Shown piece after piece: positions 56,816-64,000 of a stretch of 64,000 nucleotides of DNA. Where the stretch lies: NCBI GenBank assembly GCA_965223845.1, contig CBDCXR010000004.1, positions 1,696,001 through 1,760,000 on the forward strand. Reading direction: 5' to 3'. Each line of letters begins with the position of its first letter. Within the stretch, counting starts at the first letter, position 1. The notes under the pieces were generated by a model. The model saw only the letters and a list, made by a program, of their open reading frames with translations, searched no databases and was not told the DNA's origin. The translations under genes and the position numbers were made by a program. The stretch is from Planctomycetota bacterium. Lineage in GTDB: Bacteria > Planctomycetota > UBA8108 > SXIK01.

Positions 56816-56860
56816 ATCGTCCATTACGAAAGGTCGAGGCGTTCGTTCGGAAAAACCGAG
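56816..56860. promoter_or_regulatory. Second putative NhaR operator, upstream of the HPF-like gene
   Basis: ATCGTCCATTACGAA and TTCGGAAAAACCGAG boxes 30 bp apart, colinear with 55234-55278. Confidence 0.55.
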
Positions 56861-57008
56861 CTTTGTGCGAAGCCGGAATCGGTTGGCGAGACGGAACCCG
56901 TCGTGCGGAGAGATGGCGGCTCACCGTGAGCCCCCGCGCACGGTCTTCAACGCTCACGGGGCACCGGGAAGTGCAGCCGTCTCGGCTGGCTCCGGCGGCG
57001 AGGGGGAG

Positions 57009-58100
57009 TCAGCGCGTGCCCGGTACAAGTCGGGACATCGGCACCGTGAAGAAGAGCGGCGTATACTCCGCGAAGCGTCCTTCGGCTCGAGGTGTCGAAG
57101 CCGCGCGGTAGTTCCCGCGCACGGAGTCGGGATCGTTGACGATCCAAACCATTTCGGTCTTACGATCAACTGCGATGGCCTCCGGCGACACCCAGAGAAT
57201 CTCGCGTCCGTCCGGTGTGCGGAGCTCGAGATCGACGACCGCCGGTACGTCCTCGGGACGGGCGGGATCGATCACGAGAACGCGTTCCTGATCGCGCGCG
57301 AGGGCGAGGAGGACGCTGGTGTCGCCTCGATCGGCGAACGCGAGGCCGTTCAGATTGAGCCGGGCGTTCGGCTTCTCCGCGCGAGGCGGAACGCGAACGA
57401 ACGGGACGGGAACATCCTCCCACTCCGAATCGCCCAGGAGTTCTCCAGTTTCGAGCGCTCGACGGAGCAGCCGAGGTCGCTCGTCGCGAGCGCGCTCGAA
57501 TGCGATGTAGAGCCACCGTCCATCGGGAGACGCGACGATGCCTTCGCAGCGAAAGTTCGTGTCACCACGCCACGGCTCGACGCCAGCGGGCAGACGAATC
57601 GGAGTCAGAGTCTCGATCTCGAACTCTCCGCCGCTCGTCCGCTGGATCGTGGCCACCCACGGGATCTTGTCCTCGGTCACCGCGAAGAAGCGATTCGGAC
57701 GCGAGGGGTGGTGGCAAAGGCCTTCGAAATCGTGATTCGGAATCGCTTTGTAGCGTCGACCATCCTCGGCCGCGGCGAGATCGGCGGAGAGGCGAAGGCG
57801 AACCGGCGCATCCGACCAGCGTGCGGTTCGCGGGTCGATGCGCACGATATGGCCCGGATACGCGCTCCGCTGGTCGCCGATACACCAGAGCTCTCCCTTC
57901 GAGTAGGTGAGTCCCGACGGCTGATGGCCGCGCGTGAACGACCCGGGCAAGGTCGGCTCGCCGCGCTGGTCGAGAAGCCAACGACCCTCGAGGCGAACTC
58001 GTACGATCGGAGGCCGGTCCGGGGCGGCGCTCGAACGCACGGAGCCCACGAGCAGCGCCGCTGCAAGAAGAGTGATCGAGCTGCGAAGGGCTAGGGGCAT
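57009..58100 (-). CDS. Secreted phytase-like/SdiA-regulated beta-propeller protein
   Basis: Signal peptide; repeated SGL, DFEGL, CEGI, LNGL and PEAI blade motifs. Confidence 0.65.
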   Translation of the reverse strand: MPLALRSSITLLAAALLVGSVRSSAAPDRPPIVRVRLEGRWLLDQRGEPTLPGSFTRGHQPSGLTYSKGELWCIGDQRSAYPGHIVRIDPRTARWSDAPVRLRLSADLAAAEDGRRYKAIPNHDFEGLCHHPSRPNRFFAVTEDKIPWVATIQRTSGGEFEIETLTPIRLPAGVEPWRGDTNFRCEGIVASPDGRWLYIAFERARDERPRLLRRALETGELLGDSEWEDVPVPFVRVPPRAEKPNARLNLNGLAFADRGDTSVLLALARDQERVLVIDPARPEDVPAVVDLELRTPDGREILWVSPEAIAVDRKTEMVWIVNDPDSVRGNYRAASTPRAEGRFAEYTPLFFTVPMSRLVPGTR

Positions 58101-58178
58101 ACGGTGACTTCAGGCTGGCGGAGAAGGCGCGCTCTTCCCATCATACCTGGCTTATCCGCAATGTGGAGGACGACGCGA

Positions 58179-59288
58179 ATGACCGAGTCACCGAACGATC
58201 TCGACTACCGCCCCGAACTTCCCAAGGACCGCAGCGTCGGAATCGGCTGCATCGGCGCCGGCTTCATCATGGCGGACTGCCATCTTGTCGCCTACCGAAA
58301 CGCCGGGTTTCGGCCGGTCGCCATTCAGAGTCGATCGCGCTCGCGCGCAGAGGAAGTCGCGGCCCGACATGGCATCGATCGCGTGCACTCGGATTGGCGC
58401 TCCGTCGTCGACGACCCGGGCGTCGAAGTGATCGATCTCGCCGTACCGCCACATGCGCAGCCCGAGATGATCGAATCGATCGCGTCGCGCCCGAACGGAG
58501 TCCGTGGAATCCTCGCGCAAAAGCCGCTCGCTCTCGACTACGTGACGGCCGAGCGTCTCGTCCGCGTGTGCGCTGATGCCGGAGTTGTTCTGAGCGTCAA
58601 TCAGAACATGCGCTACGACCAATCGATCCGTGCGCTTCGCGATGTCCTCGCCCGCGGACTCCTCGGCGAGCCCGTTCTTGCGACGATCGACATGCGCGCG
58701 ATCCCGCACTGGATGGACTGGGTGAAGGCCTACGGAAAGCTCTCGTACTACGTGATGAGCATCCACCACCTCGACGCCTTCCGCTTCTTGTTCGGCTCTC
58801 CCGAGCGTGTTCTCGCGAGCTGCCGCCCGGACCCGCGTACGGAGTTCCAGCATCGCGACGGAATCACGCTCTACATCCTCGAGTACGCGAGCGGTCTTCG
58901 GTGCCTCGGGCTCGACGACGTTTGGGCCGGACCGGCGCGGGAGGGCGCCGCGGCGGACATCTCCATTCGCTGGCGCGTCGAAGGGACCGAGGGACTCGCG
59001 ACGGGGACGATCGGCTGGCCCAGCTATCCGGAGCGAACGCCGAGCACGCTTCGGTACTCGACGCGGGCGAGCGGCAGCGAGTGGATCGAGCCGACCTGGG
59101 ACGAGGTCTGGTTTCCCGACGCGTTCGTCGGGACGATGGCTCAGCTCCTCGTCGCCCTCGAACGAGGCGAGACGCCGGAGATCAGCGCCGAGGACAATCT
59201 CGAGACGCTCGCTCTGGTCGAGGCATGCTACCGAGGAGCGACCGAGGGGCGAGTGATCTCCCCGGCCGAAGTTCGCGCGGGAGCGTAG
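58179..59288 (+). CDS. Gfo/Idh/MocA family oxidoreductase
   Basis: [30 protein letters not shown]; GGAGGA RBS. Confidence 0.92.
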   Translation: MTESPNDLDYRPELPKDRSVGIGCIGAGFIMADCHLVAYRNAGFRPVAIQSRSRSRAEEVAARHGIDRVHSDWRSVVDDPGVEVIDLAVPPHAQPEMIESIASRPNGVRGILAQKPLALDYVTAERLVRVCADAGVVLSVNQNMRYDQSIRALRDVLARGLLGEPVLATIDMRAIPHWMDWVKAYGKLSYYVMSIHHLDAFRFLFGSPERVLASCRPDPRTEFQHRDGITLYILEYASGLRCLGLDDVWAGPAREGAAADISIRWRVEGTEGLATGTIGWPSYPERTPSTLRYSTRASGSEWIEPTWDEVWFPDAFVGTMAQLLVALERGETPEISAEDNLETLALVEACYRGATEGRVISPAEVRAGA

Positions 59289-59311
59289 TTCCCACGAATC
59301 GCCCTCCTCAT

Positions 59312-59339
59312 TTGCAATCCCGCGACGGCGCTGCACAAT
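59312..59339 (+). promoter_or_regulatory. Putative sigma70 promoter of the deaminase gene
   Basis: TTGCAA-16 nt-CACAAT followed by a GGAGGAGG RBS. Confidence 0.4.
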
Positions 59340-59392
59340 GTGCCTCGTCGTGAGAGTCTGTTCGCGAAAGGTAGAGGAGGAGGAGATCAGTC

Positions 59393-59851
59393 GTGGCCAA
59401 ACGCGCCGGGTGGGATGAGTACTTCATGCGAATCGCGGTCGAGGTCGCGAGCCGCGCGACTTGCGACCGAAAGCACGTCGGCGCGGTCATCGTTCGCGAG
59501 AAAAACATTCTCTCGACGGGATACAACGGCTCCATCGTCGGTATGCCGCACTGCGACGATGTCGGCCACATGATGGAGAACGGTCACTGCGTCGGTACCG
59601 TGCACGCTGAAGCGAATGCGATCCTTCAAGCGGCGAAGCACGGCGTGAGCATCCACGGGGCGTCGATCTACACGACGGCGAGTCCCTGTTGGAACTGCTT
59701 CAAGCTGATCGCCAACGCCGGAATGAACCGGATTTTCTTCGGCGAGTTCTACCGCGACGAGCGTATCTTCGAGATCGCACAGAGGGTGGGGATCGAGCTC
59801 GTCGACCTGTCGCGAATCGTGAAGCTCGAACCGAGCTCGACGGGACGCTGA
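59393..59851 (+). CDS. dCMP deaminase / ComEB family zinc deaminase
   Basis: WDEYFM, RATC, TGYNG, HAEANA, SPCWNC. Confidence 0.92.
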   Translation: MAKRAGWDEYFMRIAVEVASRATCDRKHVGAVIVREKNILSTGYNGSIVGMPHCDDVGHMMENGHCVGTVHAEANAILQAAKHGVSIHGASIYTTASPCWNCFKLIANAGMNRIFFGEFYRDERIFEIAQRVGIELVDLSRIVKLEPSSTGR

Positions 59852-59982
59852 CATTGAAGGAACCGGCCGTCCGCCTCAATACGTTCGGCCGATGAATCGG
59901 AGCACGCCCGTGGTCTGAGTCCATCCAGACCACGGCCGTGCTCGCGAGGGGTCCCGGCCACGGACGAGCTACGATTCGCGGA

Positions 59983-62442
59983 CTACCGACAGCCGGGATT
60001 CGCCGCGCAGTTGAGCTCTTCGAGGACGTCGAAGCAGCCCGCGCCCTGGGACGGCGCGCTTCCGTCGCCAAAGAGGAACATGGCGAGGTGGACGGCGTCG
60101 CCGGTGTTGACCTCGCCGTCGCCACTGACGTCGAGGATCGCTGCGTTGCCGTCCGACCCGATCTCACCGGCGCACGGGAGCGCTCCGTTTTGCGAGCCGA
60201 GGAGCAGGAATCCGGGAAAGAGGTTCTTGACGTAACAGACCACGTCTTCGATCCCGCGACTCCCGTCTCCGCTGCAGTCTCCCGCTACCGCGGGGACGGC
60301 CGGTGGGGGTTCGTTCCCGAAGCCGAACGTCGCGGCGTTCCGAATCTCGGTGGGGGAGAGAGCGTCTTGGAGAATCAGGACGTCGTCGATGATCCCGACG
60401 AGGTTCTCGTTGACGATGCCTCCGAGGTCCTCACCGATGCGGAGAGGAAACTCTCCCAAATCGATCGCGCCGCCGCCACCCGTCGTCGTCTCGACGGGTT
60501 CTCCGTCGAGGTAGATCGTGAGGTCACCCATATTGTACGTCGCCGCGAGATGGTGATCCTCGTTCACGCTGAATCCACTCGAATGCGTGAGGGCGGTCCC
60601 ATCCGGAAGAATGACGCGGATCCCGATGCTCTCGACCGACGCATTCGGATCGAAATCGAAGATCAGGCGCCCGGCCGGGCTCCCGGTGCCGGCGAACGTA
60701 CTGAAGAGCCGCGTCAGGCCGCCGCCGGCGAATCCACCGCCGGGGACGTTGACGACGGCGGCGAGCGTAAAGGAGTCGCCGAGGTTCCCGATGGGGCCGA
60801 CGTCGATCACGCTGAACGGGACGTCGGGGGCGACGTCGTCGAGAATCGCGGAGCCTACGCCGCGCGCGGCGTTGGCCGAGTTCGGGTCGAGGGCGACGTT
60901 GTTGAGGAACACCGCGTCTTGGGCCCCGTCGTTCACGAGTCGATCGCCCATGTCGCCTTCGAAGTCGTAGTAGATCGAAAGCGCCTGATTGTCGGGAATC
61001 GCTGAGCTCACTCCATCTTCGGCGATCTCAGCGATCGTCGCCGCGTCGAGCGCGCGGCCGAGGACGAGGAGCTCATCGACATTGCCTCGGAACTGCTCGT
61101 TCGCGGAGCCGCCCAGGTCGTGCGGGTCTTCGCCGAACTCGAGATCGCGGGCCATCGAGATCGCTCCGGCCCCGACGTTTCCCATCGCGACTTCACTCCC
61201 GTCGAAGTAGATCGCGACGTCGCCGCCGTCAAACGTGACCGCGACGTGGTGATATCCGGGGTCGGTGATTCCGGCCGGTGGAGAGGCCGTCTGGACGACG
61301 GTGTTGTTCAGAATCGCGCGGATCCCCGGGATCACTCCGCCACTCGGATCGAAATCGATCAGCATCCGCTCGGTCCCGACGGGCCCGCTTCCGCCGTAGT
61401 TCGAAAAGAGGCGGGTGAAGCTGTCGTTCTCGAAGCTCACCTCGGCTGCGAGGGTGAACGAGCGCCCGAGATCGGCGGATCCCGGAATCAGAATCGAGCT
61501 GAACAGCCGCTCGGGTTCCGGGTCGCCGAGAACGGCGGACTGCGTCCCGAACGCAGCGTTCGCGGAATTAGGGTCGACCGCTACGTTGTTGTGCGCGATT
61601 CCATCGTTTGCGGGATCCCCGAACTGATTGGTGATCGTCCCGCCTGAGTCCGGCGGCTCGAAGTTGTAGAAGATCGCGGGTTCCGCGCCGCCCGGCGTAA
61701 ACGCTACGCCGTTCTCGGCGAGATTCGCGATGGCGGCCGCATTGAGGACGCGACCGAGGACGAGTACCTCGTCGACATTGCCGCGGAACTGTTCATTCGC
61801 CGAGCCACCACCGTCGTGCGGATCCTCGCCGAATTCGAGGTCGGCGCTCATCGAGACCGGACCGCTGCCGACGTTTCCGGCCGCGACCTCGCTCCCGTCG
61901 AAGTAGATCGCGACGTCGCCGTCATCGTACGTGAGCGCGATATGGTGATACCCGGGATCCGTGATCCCGGCGGGAGGAGAAGCGGTCTGGACGACGGTGT
62001 TGTTCACGATCGCCCGGATCCCGGGAATCACTCCGCCGCTCGGATCGAAATCGATCAACATCCGGTCGGTTGCGACGGGTCCCGTACCCCGAAAGCTCGA
62101 GAAGAGCCGCGTGAATCCGGTGTTGTCGTAGTCGACATGGGCCGCGACGGTGAACGCGCTCCCGAGCTCACTCGAACCCTGGAGTTGAATCGTGCTGAAG
62201 AGGCGGGACTCGGCCGGAGGATCGGGCGGCGAGAAACGCGCCGCGCTCGCGCCGAAGGGGACCTGCTCGCCTTGCACTTCGACGTTATTGAAGATCGTTC
62301 CGTTTTGGGCCCCGTCGGCGTCGAGCTTGTCGGTGACAATCATTCCAACGTCCTCTTCGAAGTCGAAGAAAACGTCCGCACGGGGCGGCGCAGAAGTGAC
62401 GCCGAGTAGCAGCACCACGATCGAGCTCAAGATCAATCGCAT
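59983..62442 (-). CDS. Secreted protein with three LamG-like jellyroll domains and a C-terminal dockerin-like domain
   Basis: Signal peptide; 3x HH(I/V/L)A.TY/FD....IY.DG...G..DEVL; GDCSGDG...DVSGDGEVNTGDAV tail; GGAGGG RBS. Confidence 0.85.
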   Translation of the reverse strand: MRLILSSIVVLLLGVTSAPPRADVFFDFEEDVGMIVTDKLDADGAQNGTIFNNVEVQGEQVPFGASAARFSPPDPPAESRLFSTIQLQGSSELGSAFTVAAHVDYDNTGFTRLFSSFRGTGPVATDRMLIDFDPSGGVIPGIRAIVNNTVVQTASPPAGITDPGYHHIALTYDDGDVAIYFDGSEVAAGNVGSGPVSMSADLEFGEDPHDGGGSANEQFRGNVDEVLVLGRVLNAAAIANLAENGVAFTPGGAEPAIFYNFEPPDSGGTITNQFGDPANDGIAHNNVAVDPNSANAAFGTQSAVLGDPEPERLFSSILIPGSADLGRSFTLAAEVSFENDSFTRLFSNYGGSGPVGTERMLIDFDPSGGVIPGIRAILNNTVVQTASPPAGITDPGYHHVAVTFDGGDVAIYFDGSEVAMGNVGAGAISMARDLEFGEDPHDLGGSANEQFRGNVDELLVLGRALDAATIAEIAEDGVSSAIPDNQALSIYYDFEGDMGDRLVNDGAQDAVFLNNVALDPNSANAARGVGSAILDDVAPDVPFSVIDVGPIGNLGDSFTLAAVVNVPGGGFAGGGLTRLFSTFAGTGSPAGRLIFDFDPNASVESIGIRVILPDGTALTHSSGFSVNEDHHLAATYNMGDLTIYLDGEPVETTTGGGGAIDLGEFPLRIGEDLGGIVNENLVGIIDDVLILQDALSPTEIRNAATFGFGNEPPPAVPAVAGDCSGDGSRGIEDVVCYVKNLFPGFLLLGSQNGALPCAGEIGSDGNAAILDVSGDGEVNTGDAVHLAMFLFGDGSAPSQGAGCFDVLEELNCAANPGCR
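60960..62200 (-). repeat. Intragenic LamG-domain duplication (696-bp / 232-aa period)
   Basis: GGATCGAAATCGATCA at 61346 and 62042; near-identical protein segments with many synonymous differences. Confidence 0.85.
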
Positions 62443-62606
62443 GATTCCCTCCTAGCTTGTTCCCGCGTGAGTCATCTCTGTCGAGTGGAGACGGCGCGTG
62501 AAGGCGATGGGATCAACCGCAAATCCCGTCTTCTCCGGCTTTCTTTGCGCAGTTCGTGTGAATCTCTGACCTTCTTGTCTCTGATCTCTGAATGCCCCGC
62601 TTCAGG

Positions 62607-63998
62607 CTAGCAGCTCGTGTACGCCTCGCAACCGACGGAGGTCCCCGGCTCGGGATCGGGACCACACAGCTCCGACCCGGGAAGATTCGTCGGGGGTCCG
62701 TCGCCGAAGAGAAAATTCAGCTGGAAGATCGGGTCGGCGATGTTGACCTGCCCGTCGTCGTTCGCGTCGGCGGCCTCCGCGCAGGTCGGAGGCGGACCGT
62801 CGCCGAAGAGATTGTTGAGCAGGAAAATCGCGTCGGCGATATCGTCGGCTCCGGAGTCGTTGGGATCGCCTCGACGGAACTGACCCTCGGGAGGATCGCC
62901 GCCGCCGAACCCCTCGCTGGCGATTCGAGCGATCTCGTCTGCGCTCAGTGCCTCTTCGAGAATCAACACCTCGTCGAGAACACCGATGAAGTTCTCGTTC
63001 ACGACGCCGTCCAGGTCCTCGCCGATCCGGAGAGGAAACTCTCCGAGGTCGAAGTCGCCGCCGAAGCTCTCACGCGCAGCCACCTGCACACCGTCGAGAA
63101 AGATCTCGATCGATCCGCTCGAATAGACGGCAGCGATGTGATGGTCCTCGTCTACGGAAAACGTCCCGTCGTAGATCAAGGCCGTCCCGTCGGGAACGAG
63201 AAAGCGAATGCCGATCCCTTCGACCGACGCGTTCGGGTCAAAATCGAAGACGAGACGACCCGCAGGGTTCCCCGTGCCAGAAAAGGTGCTGAAGAGGCGA
63301 GTGAGTCCGCCGGCGCTGAACCCACCGCCGGGGACGTTGACCACCGCGGCGAACGTGACCTCGGGGCCGAGGTTGCCCACCGGACCGACCGAGATGACGC
63401 TGAAGGGGTTCTCCTCTTGGACGTCGCCTTTGGGGCCGAGCTTCGCCGACTGACTCCCGAAGAGCGGATGCGCTACGTCGGGGTCGATCCGCACGTTGTT
63501 GTGCGCGATCCCGTTTTGCGCGCCGTCTGCCTGGAAACGATCCGTGAGCGTCGTCCCGCTGTCTGGCGGTTCGAAATCGTAGAAGATGGCGAACTCACCG
63601 TCCTGGGGTGTCACGTTGCCATCGACGCCCGAATCCGCCACCGCGGCGATGTCGGCCGGGGAAAGGGCGCGACCGATCACGAGAAGATCGTCGACGTGTC
63701 CGCGAAACTGCTCGTTCGCCGTTCCACCGCCGTCGTGCGGATCTTCACCAAAGCGAAGATTCACCGGAGCGAACGCCTCGGTTTCGGGAAACTCGTCGAG
63801 GTCCATGTCGACCTCGACGCCGTTTAGGTAGACCGCGATGCTCCCAGAATCGAACGTGAGCGCGACGTGCTTGAAGCCCGGCTCGCCGAGCTCGGGAGGA
63901 ACGGAAATCGCCTGAGATGCGGTGGGACCGACGATGACGCGAAGCCCGTTGATGACGGAACCGCTCGGATCGAAGTCGAGGATGACGCGATTCGGCTC
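62607..63998 (-). CDS. LamG-repeat plus dockerin-like protein, paralogue of 59983-62442 (5'-truncated by window)
   Basis: Frame stays open to the window end (EPNRVILDFDPSG...HVALTFDSG); FRRGDPNDSG...DANDDGQVNIADPI tail. Confidence 0.85.
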   Translation of the reverse strand, partial: EPNRVILDFDPSGSVINGLRVIVGPTASQAISVPPELGEPGFKHVALTFDSGSIAVYLNGVEVDMDLDEFPETEAFAPVNLRFGEDPHDGGGTANEQFRGHVDDLLVIGRALSPADIAAVADSGVDGNVTPQDGEFAIFYDFEPPDSGTTLTDRFQADGAQNGIAHNNVRIDPDVAHPLFGSQSAKLGPKGDVQEENPFSVISVGPVGNLGPEVTFAAVVNVPGGGFSAGGLTRLFSTFSGTGNPAGRLVFDFDPNASVEGIGIRFLVPDGTALIYDGTFSVDEDHHIAAVYSSGSIEIFLDGVQVAARESFGGDFDLGEFPLRIGEDLDGVVNENFIGVLDEVLILEEALSADEIARIASEGFGGGDPPEGQFRRGDPNDSGADDIADAIFLLNNLFGDGPPPTCAEAADANDDGQVNIADPIFQLNFLFGDGPPTNLPGSELCGPDPEPGTSVGCEAYTSC

Positions 63999-64000
63999 GA

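Noticed and set aside
59393-59851. Deaminase as an anti-phage dCTP-depletion system
   Set aside because: Short single-domain ComEB/dCMP-deaminase type, with no fused kinase domain and no defence-island context.
1-64000. Very frequent TCGA/CTCGAG/GAGCTC words
   Set aside because: Explained by codon preference (CTC, GTC or ATC followed by GAG/GAC); not a discrete repeat family.

Overview
High-GC bacterial chromosomal window, probably from a Planctomycetota genome (inferred from the planctomycete-type cytochrome c domain, C-terminal dockerin-like tails, HEAT-VWA and carboxypeptidase-regulatory repeat proteins). It is gene-dense, with about 47 plausible CDS and one tRNA-Asn(GTT). I see no integrase, transposase, CRISPR array or rRNA. 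Housekeeping content: acnA, the pdhA-pdhB-pdhC-lpdA operon followed by a CBS protein and a hypothetical, alkaline phosphatase, a dCMP-deaminase-family gene, and a Gfo/Idh/MocA oxidoreductase. Envelope content: arnB-like, arnD-like, LptF/G permease, an LPS-kinase plus methyltransferase pair, and a GT4. There is also an ECF sigma/anti-sigma/Spy-like cassette, an octaheme-TPR protein and many exported repeat proteins. The most notable unexplained structures are: (1) an NhaR locus where the antiporter/zinc-ribbon unit and an HPF-like gene share a position-matched 45-bp operator; (2) a tandem pair of diverged, unrecognised exported paralogues inside a lipoprotein-rich operon; (3) a secreted 16-Cys, Lys-rich four-repeat protein; (4) three non-catalytic lectin-fold proteins with dockerin-Cys tails; (5) RGG low-complexity inserts in exported proteins; (6) an unannotated 49-aa membrane microprotein and a repeated operator upstream of pdhA. 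All family calls come from motif recognition by eye; no database search was run.
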